A DNA stretch of 64,000 bases from Coxiellales bacterium. Lineage in GTDB: Bacteria; Pseudomonadota; Gammaproteobacteria; CBDETP01. A program made the translations under genes and the position numbers. Every line of letters starts with the position of its first letter. The stretch's first letter is position 1. The stretch covers positions 60,458 to 124,457 of the forward strand of contig CBDETP010000010.1 in assembly GCA_965242995.1 (NCBI GenBank), read 5' to 3'. This document shows, in pieces, positions 1 through 10,436 of the stretch. Under the pieces are notes generated by a model that was given only the letters and a program-made list of their open reading frames with translations, had not been told where the DNA came from and did no database searches.

Positions 1-689
1 ACAACACCAATATCTACTGTTCTTTGTTTCCATATGCGATTATCGGTTAACAACGTTTCGTATTCATCAATTAAGCCGGGAAAACGGTCAACAAAATCCT
101 GAATAAAATCAAGCAACGAGCCTTCACGATTTTCGTTCATTTTTTCAATTTCTTTTTCACTATGCCAACGAGACGCTTTATATTTTGGCATTTTATTTGG
201 TAAATCACGATACACACCACCCGGACGATAATAAGCTGCATGCATGCGTGCACCAGAAACCGCCTCATAACAGTCAAATAAATCTTCTCTTTCACGAAAG
301 GCATATAAAAAAACAGTCATCGCACCTACGTCTAATGCATGAGCACCTAACCATAATAAATGATTTAAAATACGTGTGATTTCATCGAACATTACCCGAA
401 TATATTGCGCGCGCGTTGGCACGCTAACACCTAATAATTTCTCAATCGCTAAAACATAACCATGCTCATTACACATCATCGAAACGTAATCGAGTCGATC
501 CATATAACCAATGGATTGATTGTACGGCTTACTTTCTGCTAGCTTTTCTGTTGCGCGATGCAATAAACCAATGTGTGGATCCATAGACTGAATCACTTCA
601 CCATCCATCTCAAGAATTAAACGCAAAACACCGTGCGCTGCCGGGTGCTGTGGTCCAAAGTTAATGGTAAAATTACGTAAATCAGCCAT
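1..689 (-). CDS. nuoD: NADH-quinone oxidoreductase subunit D (runs off window start)
   Basis: Not in ORF track; manual translation from ATG at 689 gives [24 protein letters not shown], the NuoD N-terminal signature; follows nuoC. Confidence 0.95.
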   Translation of the reverse strand, partial: MADLRNFTINFGPQHPAAHGVLRLILEMDGEVIQSMDPHIGLLHRATEKLAESKPYNQSIGYMDRLDYVSMMCNEHGYVLAIEKLLGVSVPTRAQYIRVMFDEITRILNHLLWLGAHALDVGAMTVFLYAFREREDLFDCYEAVSGARMHAAYYRPGGVYRDLPNKMPKYKASRWHSEKEIEKMNENREGSLLDFIQDFVDRFPGLIDEYETLLTDNRIWKQRTVDIGV

Positions 690-1365
690 GTTTTTCCTCA
701 CTCGATTCATCCGTTGATAAATATCGGTTATCTTGTCGAATTACTTTAGGCACAAGCACTCTTGGCTGAATGCTCACTGGCTCATAGACACAACGCTGCG
801 CCGCTGCATCATAGCGTAACTCTACTTGACCGATTAATGGAAAATCTTTTCTAAATGGGTGACCAACAAAACCGTAGTCAGTCAAAATACGACGAAGGTC
901 AGGGTGATCAGAAAACTCAATACCAAACAAATCAAATGCTTCACGCTCAAACCAATCAGCTGCCGGCCAAATTGACACAACTGATGGCACAACCAAATCA
1001 TCTTCTTCTAAATAAATTTTCACGCGAACGCGCTCGTTATGAGTCATTGACAACAAATGATAAACCGCTGCAAAACGTGGCTTATTCCAAACCGTATTTT
1101 GCTCTTCAAAATCTGTCTCAACTGCTCGACAAAAACCGCCCTGCGTTGCCTCAGACGTTATCCATTGCGTGCGACCATGCTCTAAATAATCAACACCACA
1201 AACATCCGTTAATTGCGTAAACAAAAAATCTTTTTTATCACGCAATGATTTAGCTAACTCAAGCCATTGCTGTTTTTCTACAACTATTTCAGGCATATCA
1301 ACACCCGCAATAATGGATTCAACTTGCTCTGAAAAATGAGATTGCAACGATGCTAGCATATCCAT
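682..1365 (-). CDS. nuoC: NADH-quinone oxidoreductase subunit C
   Basis: [38 protein letters not shown] motif; operon position. Confidence 0.95.
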   Translation of the reverse strand: MDMLASLQSHFSEQVESIIAGVDMPEIVVEKQQWLELAKSLRDKKDFLFTQLTDVCGVDYLEHGRTQWITSEATQGGFCRAVETDFEEQNTVWNKPRFAAVYHLLSMTHNERVRVKIYLEEDDLVVPSVVSIWPAADWFEREAFDLFGIEFSDHPDLRRILTDYGFVGHPFRKDFPLIGQVELRYDAAAQRCVYEPVSIQPRVLVPKVIRQDNRYLSTDESSEEKHG

Positions 1366-1859
1366 TATTTCCGCTCTTTACGCACAATGCGATTTGTTTT
1401 TCTGATTTTATTTTGCAACTGAATAATGCCGTACAACAGAGCCTCAGCCGTTGGCGGACAACCTGGCACGTATACATCAACCGGCACAACTCGATCACAA
1501 CCGCGGACAACGGAATAAGAATAATGATAGTAGCCGCCCCCATTGGCACAAGAACCCATAGAAATCACCCAGCGTGGCTCGGTCATTTGGTCGTAAACTT
1601 TTCGTAACGCAGGCGCCATTTTATTACATAATGTGCCAGCAACAATCATCACATCAGATTGACGTGGGCTAGGTCTAAAAACAACACCGAAGCGATCAAG
1701 GTCATAGCGGTTTGCACCAGCATGCATCATTTCCACCGCACAACACGCCAAACCAAAAGTCATTGGCCACATTGATCCACTGCGAGCCCATTCCAATAGC
1801 TTGTCATATGACGTTAGCAAATAGCCTTTGGAATTTAATTGATTTAACTCTACTCCCAC
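1365..1859 (-). CDS. nuoB: NADH-quinone oxidoreductase subunit B
   Basis: [22 protein letters not shown] motifs; likely GTG start at 1859 overlapping nuoA end. Confidence 0.96.
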   Translation of the reverse strand: MGVELNQLNSKGYLLTSYDKLLEWARSGSMWPMTFGLACCAVEMMHAGANRYDLDRFGVVFRPSPRQSDVMIVAGTLCNKMAPALRKVYDQMTEPRWVISMGSCANGGGYYHYSYSVVRGCDRVVPVDVYVPGCPPTAEALLYGIIQLQNKIRKTNRIVRKERK

Positions 1860-2206
1860 TCTAATGCACCTCGCTTCCACTCATAGACAAAACCAACAAC
1901 TAAAACAAATAAAAATAAAATCATTGCCCAGAAACCAGCCGGACCGATATGGCGAAGCGACACAGCCCAAGGAAATAAAAAGGCGGTTTCTAAATCAAAA
2001 ATAATAAAAAGGATGGCGACTAAATAAAAGCGCACATCAAAAGGAATTCGTGAATCACCAACCGGTTCAAACCCACACTCATAAGGCGATAACTTTGCTT
2101 TGTCTGGCCGCACACGAACCAAAATTTTATTCAACAGAAGTGGCAACACCCCAAAGGCAATGCCCACTCCAATAAAAATTAACACTGGAAAATACGCTGT
2201 TAACAC
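1850..2206 (-). CDS. nuoA: NADH-quinone oxidoreductase subunit A
   Basis: [31 protein letters not shown]. Confidence 0.96.
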   Translation of the reverse strand: MLTAYFPVLIFIGVGIAFGVLPLLLNKILVRVRPDKAKLSPYECGFEPVGDSRIPFDVRFYLVAILFIIFDLETAFLFPWAVSLRHIGPAGFWAMILFLFVLVVGFVYEWKRGALEWE

Positions 2207-2251
2207 TTGGTTTATTAACTCCTTAACTCAACGTTACTTAATGACACCCAT

Positions 2252-2338
2252 TGGTGCCGAAGGCCGGACTTGAACCGGCACGGCTTTTCAGCCACTGCCC
2301 CCTCAAGACAGCGTGTCTACCAATTCCACCACTTCGGC
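2252..2338 (-). tRNA. tRNA-Leu (anticodon GAG)
   Basis: Reverse complement GCCGAAGTGGTGGAATTGGTAGAC...CTGTC-TTGAGGG-GGCAG...GGTTCAAGTCC...TTCGGCACCA; long variable arm, encoded CCA, conserved secG-tRNA-Leu-nuoA position. Confidence 0.97.
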
Positions 2339-2701
2339 TTATTTCTTTTTACCTCGCTCTACTTCAGTGTTTTTCACTGCTGAATTATTTGAGTCTGTTA
2401 CTGTTATTGGCGCTGTCGATGGGCTCGTCGGAATAGAATTCACAATAGATTGATTTCCTCCGGAATGGCTAGTCACCATTGCTTGGTGAGCCAACACCAT
2501 ACTGGTTGCAAAGAAAACAGCTGCCAACAACCCCGTAATTTTTACCAAAAATGGCGCAGAGCCCACACTACCAAACATAGTATTAGACGCTCCACTACCG
2601 AAAGCGGCACCAACAGCAGCACCCTTGCCATACTGTAATAACACCAAAATGACTAACGCAAAAGCGACTAAAACGTGAAGAATAATAATTAATTGTTGCA
2701 T
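2339..2701 (-). CDS. secG: Preprotein translocase subunit SecG
   Basis: LVLLQYGKGAAVGAAFGSGASNTMFGS motif, two TM helices, downstream of tpiA. Confidence 0.95.
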   Translation of the reverse strand: MQQLIIILHVLVAFALVILVLLQYGKGAAVGAAFGSGASNTMFGSVGSAPFLVKITGLLAAVFFATSMVLAHQAMVTSHSGGNQSIVNSIPTSPSTAPITVTDSNNSAVKNTEVERGKKK

Positions 2702-3450
2702 GCTTTTCCTATTTGAATAAATTGTTCTGCATCCAGTGATGCACCCCCGACCAGCGCGCCATCAATGTCTGTCTGGCTCAATAAGCCAGCGGCATTATCT
2801 GGTTTGACACTGCCCCCATAAAGAATTTGTATTTGCTCAGCAACACTACCGTCCACATGCTTTGCAACTTCGGCACGAATAAAAGCATGCGCTGCTTGCG
2901 CCTGCTCCGGCGTTGCTTGCTTGCCAGTACCAATTGCCCAAACAGGCTCATAAGCAATCACTATTGATTGCCAGGCTTCAGAATCTTTAACCTCATCAAA
3001 CACCGCTGCGAGCTGCTCGGCGACTACCTCTTCGGTTTGTCCCGCATCACGCTCGGCCTCTGTTTCACCCACACACAAGATAGGATTAAGATCTGCAGCC
3101 AAAACCATAGCCACTTTTTTAGCAACCACATCACTACTTTCATTATATAAGGTGCGACGCTCTGAGTGGCCCACAATGACATAATCACAATAAAAATCTT
3201 TCAACATTTCACAAGAGACTTCACCAGTATAAGCACCTTTTTCTGCAATGGCACAATTTTGACCGCCCCAAGCGATATTACTATCGGATAATCGGCTTTG
3301 CACCAATGACAAATAAGGGAATGGTGGGCATACCACCCAGTCGACAGTCAACACATCTTTTGAACCCTGCAGAAGGCCATCCAGAAGGGATGACGCATTT
3401 TCCAGCGACGTGCTCATTTTCCAATTACCGGCAATTAATGTGCGCCTCAT
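2689..3450 (-). CDS. tpiA: Triosephosphate isomerase
   Basis: AGNWKM, GHSERR, AYEPVWAIGTG, LYGGSVKP, LVGGASL. Confidence 0.98.
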   Translation of the reverse strand: MRRTLIAGNWKMSTSLENASSLLDGLLQGSKDVLTVDWVVCPPFPYLSLVQSRLSDSNIAWGGQNCAIAEKGAYTGEVSCEMLKDFYCDYVIVGHSERRTLYNESSDVVAKKVAMVLAADLNPILCVGETEAERDAGQTEEVVAEQLAAVFDEVKDSEAWQSIVIAYEPVWAIGTGKQATPEQAQAAHAFIRAEVAKHVDGSVAEQIQILYGGSVKPDNAAGLLSQTDIDGALVGGASLDAEQFIQIGKACNN

Positions 3451-3572
3451 GCTTCAACCTTACTATATAGTTAGTCTTCATTGAGTGGATTCTAGCTAAC
3501 TGGCAGGCAACTGACAAGGACCTATCTTGCTAACGAGCCATTCTTTAGTCATTAATCCAAAAAACCGAAGGC

Positions 3573-4124
3573 CTAGTGAGGCGTGGGGGACTTTAATGAC
3601 CGCGCATGAATATGATTTTGCACCATTTGCGCAACACCACAAGCAATTCTTGCGCCACCACCGCCAAGCGCTTCTGGATGATCTGAATAATTATCGCCAC
3701 CCGCATGAATCATTAAGCTGTGCCCAATCACCTCTGACACTTTCAACCGCGGCGCCAAAATAGGCAAGGTTGCCGTGCCATCTTTGTCTACAATTAATAC
3801 CGGCAAATCACCTAAATGCCCCTTACTATTGTATGGTCCCAAATGCTTACCGCTATGATTGGGGTCTAAGTGACCACCTGCCGCCATGCCATGATCAGCA
3901 CAACTAGGGCTGGTGTGAACATGAAACCCATGAACACCTGGCGGCAAGTCTCGCAAATGTGGAGTGATCAGTAACCCTGCTGACGTGTCCGTTAACACAA
4001 CAGACCCAATAGCCTTCGGCTTAGCTGAAGTTAATGAGTGTACTTTAACCGTCAGGCTGCTAGCGGCAAACACTTGTACACCTAAAAAAATCAACAAGCC
4101 ACACAATACTTTTTTTAAAAACAT
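3573..4124 (-). CDS. sodC: Periplasmic Cu/Zn superoxide dismutase
   Basis: Signal peptide from MFLKK (4124), HGFHVH, GGHLDP, GHLGDLP, MIHAGGD, GARIACG. Confidence 0.95.
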   Translation of the reverse strand: MFLKKVLCGLLIFLGVQVFAASSLTVKVHSLTSAKPKAIGSVVLTDTSAGLLITPHLRDLPPGVHGFHVHTSPSCADHGMAAGGHLDPNHSGKHLGPYNSKGHLGDLPVLIVDKDGTATLPILAPRLKVSEVIGHSLMIHAGGDNYSDHPEALGGGGARIACGVAQMVQNHIHARSLKSPTPH

Positions 4125-4364
4125 TTTTGGCGCTCCTTTTAAAACAAAAGCATAAACTATTTCTTCAATAATAAGTAGAATCAATCTAACAAAAAGCACC
4201 CCCCCTCAATAAATCAATTAAAGCATCATATCCTTCGCCTTCCATTGTTTTAAGCCTTTCTGAAAAAATAAAGATTTATCACGAAAACAACAGGGTATTT
4301 CGACCAGCAATATGACATAATAACGCGGAATTAAACTTGAAAAACATAACGGAGAGCACTGAAA

Positions 4365-5258
4365 ATGAAAGGGTACCTACAAGCAGTCTTGTATATCTTG
4401 GTTATTGCAGCATCAACCACGTGGGTTGATCACCTTGGCGACAACATTTCCATCCCTTTGCTATTGCTTGGCGTATCAGTAGTCGCCATGCTATTTTTCA
4501 ACATTGTTCGCTACAAAAATTTCGTCCAAAACCACAAAACCATTAAACAATCCCCCATGTTATGGCTAGCAATGACAACTTCCATGTTATTAGTTTGGTC
4601 GCTCACCTACTACTCAGTCATTCACGCATCTGCCGGCATCCTTATTGCCATATTCTTTTTATGGCAAGGCATTTGTGCCTCAATAGCAAAGCAGCACTGG
4701 CTTGCTGCAAGCTTATCACTACTAGTATGGATAGCGATCTATTATCTTAGCCCCAAACTAACGCCAATAACTTTCGCCACATCAACGCTCGCGGGTATTT
4801 TTACATATGCATACTATCGAGCATCACTGGCTTACACGGCAAGACATAAAATGGCGGCATTAGATATTTTAGCAATCCGTTTTTATCCGCTAATTTTATT
4901 TTCATCTGTCTATGCCTTTTTTTACATGCAACAATCCACTGCCTTATATATAAATAGCAACCCTCTAACCATTGTTGCAATTCTAATAGCCCTGGGTTTT
5001 TTAAACATGATTATGCCAAATATTTTCTCGCAAAGTAGCGTGCAAAATATTGGAGCAGAAAATTTTTCATTTGTCGTCACACTGACTCCCTTGCTAACTT
5101 TTTTGCTACAAGGTTTCTTTCTGTCTACGTGGTCCTGGAAACTGCTATTAGCGTGTTTGCTAACATCCGCGATACTAAACATCACCATGCTTTCCAGACT
5201 AAAAAAACGCATCCCCAGCTTAACCGCCTCACGAAAGCAAACAAAAGCAGCCCCATAG
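4365..5258 (+). CDS. Multi-pass membrane protein, DMT/EamA-like transporter
   Basis: 297 aa, about 10 hydrophobic segments in two halves; GGAG SD. Confidence 0.5.
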   Translation: MKGYLQAVLYILVIAASTTWVDHLGDNISIPLLLLGVSVVAMLFFNIVRYKNFVQNHKTIKQSPMLWLAMTTSMLLVWSLTYYSVIHASAGILIAIFFLWQGICASIAKQHWLAASLSLLVWIAIYYLSPKLTPITFATSTLAGIFTYAYYRASLAYTARHKMAALDILAIRFYPLILFSSVYAFFYMQQSTALYINSNPLTIVAILIALGFLNMIMPNIFSQSSVQNIGAENFSFVVTLTPLLTFLLQGFFLSTWSWKLLLACLLTSAILNITMLSRLKKRIPSLTASRKQTKAAP

Positions 5259-5270
5259 ACGCATAACTGC

Positions 5271-6539
5271 CTAGCTTTCATTCACCATTGTTTGCAGACA
5301 CTGCATTTGTGCCACTAATGCACCTTTATTTTCTGCCACCACCTGAAGGGCTTTCTCGGCCATTGCTTGCCGCTCCTCAGGAGCATCCAACAAACTCACC
5401 ACCGCATCCGTTAATTGATTTTTATCATCGACAACCATTAAAGCGTTGGCTGCTAACAAGGAATTTTTAATAGAAACAAAATGCCTTAAATAAGGCCCGG
5501 TAATAATAGGCTTTGCAACGGCTGCGGGCTCTATTAAATTATGCCCGCCAACAGGCACCAAACTACCGCCAACAAACACGACATCGCTCGCCGCATACAA
5601 ATAAAATAATTCACCCAGCGTATCGGCAACCACCACGTCCGTTTCTGGCAAAACCTTTTCCGCTAAACTCCGCCTAACCGCACTTAGCTTTTCAGCATTT
5701 AATAAATTACTCACCTGCTCGACTCGCTCAGGATGACGCATAGCTAGCACCAACAAAGCATTTGGCTTTTGCTTTTTTACTGCTAAAAAAGCATCGAGAA
5801 CAATCGCCTCTTCCCCATCATGTGTACTTGCCGCTATCCACACTGGTCTGTCTTTCCCCCAGCTTTGTCGAATTTGCTCTGCCTTTGGCAAACAATCTGC
5901 TGGCGCTTGAATATCAAACTTAATATTACCGGTTGTTTTTACCTTTTTAATCGGCACTCCCAACGCAATAAAATGTGCAGCATCTAGCGGTGTTTGCGCG
6001 GCAACACAAGACATTGCGCGAAACATAAATTGCACAAACCAGCGTACACACATGTACCGATAACAAGACCGTGTTGATAACCGGGCATTTGCCAACAACC
6101 ATGGAACACGGCGTTTTTTTAATGCAGAACACATATTCGGCCACAACTCGGTTTCCATGGTAATAGCAACTTTTGGTTGATAGGCGGTAATAAACCGCGC
6201 CCAACAATCAGGCAAATCATAAGGAATATATTGATGAATAAGCCAATCAGAACATTCTTTTTGCACCAGCTTTGAAGCCGTTGGCGTCATGGTGGTCACC
6301 AACAAAGTCACGTCCGGGTACTTTTCATGAATCATTTTAATCAAGGGTCTTGCCGCCATCCATTCACCCACTGACACCGCATGCAGCCACCAACAATGCG
6401 CCGGCGCATCAATTTTATTTTTAGCAAAACGTTCCGACCAACGCTCACGATAAGCTGGCAGCCTAAAACCCCGCCACCACAATCGCAATATAATAAAAGG
6501 CACTGCCAGATAATAAAAAAAAGTATAAAGCCAACGCAT
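5271..6539 (-). CDS. waaA: 3-deoxy-D-manno-octulosonic acid (Kdo) transferase
   Basis: WLHAVSVGE, ETELWPN, AASTHDGEE, FVGGSLVPVGGHNLIEPA. Confidence 0.96.
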   Translation of the reverse strand: MRWLYTFFYYLAVPFIILRLWWRGFRLPAYRERWSERFAKNKIDAPAHCWWLHAVSVGEWMAARPLIKMIHEKYPDVTLLVTTMTPTASKLVQKECSDWLIHQYIPYDLPDCWARFITAYQPKVAITMETELWPNMCSALKKRRVPWLLANARLSTRSCYRYMCVRWFVQFMFRAMSCVAAQTPLDAAHFIALGVPIKKVKTTGNIKFDIQAPADCLPKAEQIRQSWGKDRPVWIAASTHDGEEAIVLDAFLAVKKQKPNALLVLAMRHPERVEQVSNLLNAEKLSAVRRSLAEKVLPETDVVVADTLGELFYLYAASDVVFVGGSLVPVGGHNLIEPAAVAKPIITGPYLRHFVSIKNSLLAANALMVVDDKNQLTDAVVSLLDAPEERQAMAEKALQVVAENKGALVAQMQCLQTMVNES

Positions 6540-6645
6540 AAGGCCATTGCCCCTTCTTAAAATTTTGGGCTATAGCATCGCATAAAAAGCTCGGGTAGAC
6601 TAGCCATAAGGGCCTTCGTTTTTTTACATTCAAAAAGGAGTAACA

Positions 6646-6924
6646 ATGCGCCGCTTTTTTAGCTTTGACAAAATGATCACACCAAATTTTATTCAACTGG
6701 TTTTTATTATCATGCTGCTCTGCTGCCTATTCGTTGGCTTACACGACATGATAAAGCATCACGCCTACGGACATGGCATTGTCATTATTATTGCTGGGCC
6801 GATCATAACCAGAATCTTCTGCGAACTGGTCATGGTGTTTTTTCAAATCAACAAGCATCTTCGCAGCATAGACCAAAAACTCAGAACCAATGAACCGCCG
6901 CCTGAGGAAAGCTCGCATGAATAA
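6646..6924 (+). CDS. Small membrane protein, DUF4282-like
   Basis: FFSFDKMITP...RIFCELVMVFFQI pattern; AGGAG SD. Confidence 0.75.
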   Translation: MRRFFSFDKMITPNFIQLVFIIMLLCCLFVGLHDMIKHHAYGHGIVIIIAGPIITRIFCELVMVFFQINKHLRSIDQKLRTNEPPPEESSHE

Positions 6925-7510
6925 GCAACCGGCGGCTGATGACTTTATTATCAACCACCAAGAATCAAAATACAGCGGTTTCGTGAGTGTTGACAGCTAT
7001 CAACTGCAGCATCGTCTTTACTCTGGCCAAATGAGCCCACCCATTGTACGGGAATGTGCCCAGCGCCGACCCGCTGTTGCAGTTATTACCTACGACCCCG
7101 CACAACAAAAAGTCGTGCTTATCCGACAATTCCGTATTGGTGCCATTAACAACTCACGTAGCCCATGGCTCTGGGAGTGTGTTGCTGGGCTAATTGAACC
7201 CAACGAAGATGTTTTATCTGTTGGCCGACGAGAATTACTTGAAGAAACTGGCCTGACCTGCAGTCATATTGAAATTTTATTTGACTGCTACACCAGCCCT
7301 GGTGCTAGCAATGAAAACACAACCATCTGCTACGCAGAAGTTGATGCTAGCCAAGCTGCGGGGATCCATGGACTAGTCGAAGAGGGTGAAGATATATTAG
7401 TTCAAAGCTTTAGCCTAGATGACATCAAGCTAATGATCAAAAACCAAGAAATTTACAACGCAATGACGCTGCTATCAATGCAGTGGTTAATACTGAAAAA
7501 AACCAAATAA
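6917..7510 (+). CDS. nudF: ADP-ribose pyrophosphatase (Nudix)
   Basis: Nudix box AGLIE-x7-RRELLEETG, RQFR, SPG, GLVEEGEDI. Confidence 0.88.
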   Translation: MNKQPAADDFIINHQESKYSGFVSVDSYQLQHRLYSGQMSPPIVRECAQRRPAVAVITYDPAQQKVVLIRQFRIGAINNSRSPWLWECVAGLIEPNEDVLSVGRRELLEETGLTCSHIEILFDCYTSPGASNENTTICYAEVDASQAAGIHGLVEEGEDILVQSFSLDDIKLMIKNQEIYNAMTLLSMQWLILKKTK

Positions 7511-7664
7511 TCAAACAATTAGCCTACAATCGCGCCGCACAAACAGATGGGTGCAGCACATGCAAACAAGATAATTAAAAAAAAAACAACATAAGGCCTT
7601 TAATCTTATGAAAAAACTGCGTAGAATGGCCAAACTTGAATTTCATTAATAAAGGTTATTACTC

Positions 7665-8006
7665 ATGGTTGTTATTCGTTTATCGCGCACAGGCGCTAAA
7701 AAAGCCCCTTTTTATCATATCGTTGCAGCTGATCGTCGCAATCCTCGTGATGGCAGCTTCTTAGAAAGAATCGGTTACTATAACCCAGGTGCTCGTGGCC
7801 AAGCAGTTTTTTTAGAGCTCAGCACAGAACGCCTTAACCACTGGGTTAAGCAAGGCGCGCAACCTTCTGATCGCGTTAATCATCTAGTAAAAATTCATGC
7901 TGAAAAAGGTGGCAGCACTTTATTAGCTGCTGAAAAACCTGCAAAAAAAGTAAAAGCAAAAAAAGCAGAAGAAGCGAAACCTGAAGAAGCTGACGCAAGC
8001 AAATAA
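7665..8006 (+). CDS. rpsP: 30S ribosomal protein S16
   Basis: [34 protein letters not shown]. Confidence 0.98.
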   Translation: MVVIRLSRTGAKKAPFYHIVAADRRNPRDGSFLERIGYYNPGARGQAVFLELSTERLNHWVKQGAQPSDRVNHLVKIHAEKGGSTLLAAEKPAKKVKAKKAEEAKPEEADASK

Positions 8007-8014
8007 CCCCCCCT

Positions 8015-8527
8015 ATGCAAAATAACTCACTCGTTATTATTGGCCGCCTCGGCTCCTCTCATGGAGTCAGGGGCTGGCAAAAGCTCGTCTCCCTAACTGA
8101 CCCTCTTGATAACATCTTTCTTTATAAAGACCACTGGCAACTGCAATCAAAACAAAAAAAATTGACCGACATACAGCTAGAGAATCATAAAGCAGAGAGC
8201 AACCAACTACTCATTAAACTAAAAGATATAAATGACTGCGACCAAGCCAAGGCGCTGACTAATCAAAACATCGTTATCCCTAAGGCCATTTTACCAACGC
8301 TGCAAAATAATGAGCACTATTGGCACGAACTCATTGGTTTAAAAGCCATTAATCAGCAAGAAGTGGTTCTTGGCAATGTTGATCACTTGTTTGCAACCGG
8401 CTCCAATGATGTGCTCGTCATTACTGGCGGCAACAAGAAACACTTACTGCCTTATATCGACTCGATTATCCTTGCCATTGATAAAGAAAAAAACACGATA
8501 CTAGTTGACTGGGACCCTGATTTTTAG
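8015..8527 (+). CDS. rimM: Ribosome maturation factor RimM
   Basis: HGVRGW, YWHELIG, TGSNDVL, VDWDPDF; operon position. Confidence 0.96.
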   Translation: MQNNSLVIIGRLGSSHGVRGWQKLVSLTDPLDNIFLYKDHWQLQSKQKKLTDIQLENHKAESNQLLIKLKDINDCDQAKALTNQNIVIPKAILPTLQNNEHYWHELIGLKAINQQEVVLGNVDHLFATGSNDVLVITGGNKKHLLPYIDSIILAIDKEKNTILVDWDPDF

Positions 8528-8580
8528 CTATCTTCTTGCACTATTAATAAAGAATTTTACCTCTTGAAGGAAAGCCCACC

Positions 8581-9336
8581 ATGTGGATCGATTTAATCAC
8601 ACTCTTCCCTCGCATGTTCAAAACGCTTGAATACGGGATCACCGGGCGAGCCATCCACAATCGACTCATTAATTTAAACTACTGGAATCCTCGCGACTAC
8701 ACCAAAGACTGGCATCGCACTGTCGACGACCGTCCTTATGGCGGCGGGCCAGGCATGGTCATGAAAGCAGAACCCGTGGCTGATGCTATTGCCGCAGCTA
8801 AATCTGCTCGCAATGGTCGAGGGCATGTTATCCAGATGTCCCCTCAAGGCAAGCGCATGACCCAACAAGACATCATGCATCTAGCCTCATACCAAAATAT
8901 CATTATTGTTGCCAGTCGCTACGAAGGTGTTGATGAGCGCTTAATTGACTCTCATGTCAATGAGCAGTGGTCCATTGGTGACTACGTTCTTAGCGGCGGT
9001 GAAATCCCTGCCATGGCTTTAGTTGATGCCATGTGCCGCCTCTTGCCTGGCGCCTTAGGCAACGAGCAATCTGCTTTGCAGGACTCCTTTGCCGCCGGCC
9101 TACTTGACCACCCACACTATACTCGGCCAGAGCTTCTCAATGGTGAAAGTGTGCCAGAAGTACTGCTCAGCGGGAATCACCAGGCAATTGCTCGCTGGCG
9201 ATTAAAAATGGCACTGGGAAGGACTTGGCAACGCAGGCCAGATATGTTAAAAATACGCTCCTTAGATGAGACTGAAAAGACTCTACTTGATGAATTTATT
9301 GCTGAGCAAACAGCTCAGTCCACAGAAACGACCTAG
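8581..9336 (+). CDS. trmD: tRNA (guanine37-N1)-methyltransferase
   Basis: [39 protein letters not shown]. Confidence 0.98.
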   Translation: MWIDLITLFPRMFKTLEYGITGRAIHNRLINLNYWNPRDYTKDWHRTVDDRPYGGGPGMVMKAEPVADAIAAAKSARNGRGHVIQMSPQGKRMTQQDIMHLASYQNIIIVASRYEGVDERLIDSHVNEQWSIGDYVLSGGEIPAMALVDAMCRLLPGALGNEQSALQDSFAAGLLDHPHYTRPELLNGESVPEVLLSGNHQAIARWRLKMALGRTWQRRPDMLKIRSLDETEKTLLDEFIAEQTAQSTETT

Positions 9337-9344
9337 GAAAGACC

Positions 9345-9713
9345 ATGACAAACATCATTGACACACTTGAGAATGAAATCACTCAAGACAAAAAAATCAC
9401 CCACTTTATGCCTGGCGACACTGTTGTTGTTAACGTGAAAGTGAAAGAAGGCAGTCGTGAGCGTCTACAAGCCTTTGAAGGCGTTGTCATTGGCAAACGC
9501 AATCGTGGCGCAAACTCAGCGTTTACTGTTCGCAAAATTTCATACGGCGAAGGTGTTGAGCGTGTTTTTCAAACGTATAGCCCACAAATTGACTCAGTAA
9601 CGCTTAAGCGTCGTGGCGATGTCAACCAAAGTAAAATTTACTACTTACGTGACCTTAGTGGGCGAAAAGCAAAAATTAAAGAAAAACTATCCAGAAAAAA
9701 AGACGAGAGTTAA
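9345..9713 (+). CDS. rplS: 50S ribosomal protein L19
   Basis: [28 protein letters not shown]. Confidence 0.98.
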   Translation: MTNIIDTLENEITQDKKITHFMPGDTVVVNVKVKEGSRERLQAFEGVVIGKRNRGANSAFTVRKISYGEGVERVFQTYSPQIDSVTLKRRGDVNQSKIYYLRDLSGRKAKIKEKLSRKKDES

Positions 9714-9731
9714 GTTTATTCTTGTCACTTT

Positions 9732-9762
9732 AAAAAGCGACGCACTTAGCGTCGTTTTTTTT
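9732..9762 (+). terminator. Rho-independent terminator of rpsP-rplS operon
   Basis: aaaaaGCGACGC-actta-GCGTCGT followed by T-tract. Confidence 0.9.
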
Positions 9763-10436
9763 GTCCGCAATCTCAGATATCAAGAGTTCCACAACCATAA
9801 AGAAAAATAACAAATCGTGGAATGATAGTAACTGTAGCTATTGTGATGATGGCACTTCTGTTTTTAATTGCAAGCACCAGGGGGTTACCAGCCAATATGT
9901 GCGGCAATGCTTATAAGTGTGATAAAAATATTACTATGAATAAAATCTTCATAGTATTGCTCGTTTTGGCGTCTCCTTGTGTTTATATCCTCCCCTCCGC
10001 CATATTCAAATTATATAATCCTTTGTCAACGGGTAAGTTGTTGCTCGATAGGGGGGGTTCGAGGCCGGTAATGCGCTTCATGAAAACCAAAAAATTCTGT
10101 GCGACACTCTTGAGAATAAAAGCATCGGACTTCCAGAAGGAGCTCGTGACAATCAAGCAAATGAGGCCCACGATGCCAGTGAAGGAACATACCTTTTAAC
10201 AAGACCGGATTAGCCCACCCACTCGAACTCATTATTCTCCTGAAAATTAGCGGCTCTTGCCGCAATCTATAAGTTATTGGCGCCCAACCGAGCAGCTTGA
10301 CCGCCACCAACCCGAATTCTCGATATAAAAAACAAACACATCGAAAAGCGACCCCAACTCTCCTTTAGAGCTTTTATGTAACTTTTATCATTCTTTGCTT
10401 TCCAGCAAGTCCACTCTTAGCTAGAATGGTAATCAT

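Noticed and set aside
2206-2252. Integration island at tRNA-Leu 3' end
   Set aside because: Only 45 bp separate the tRNA from nuoA; no integrase or tRNA-end duplication noticed
2251-2436. 61-aa ORF MVPKAGLEPAR
   Set aside because: Antisense translation of tRNA-Leu
9780-10330. Overlapping short ORFs between rplS and parE, including a Cys-rich frame
   Set aside because: No coherent frame or recognisable family; probably a decayed gene, cannot be supported as CDS
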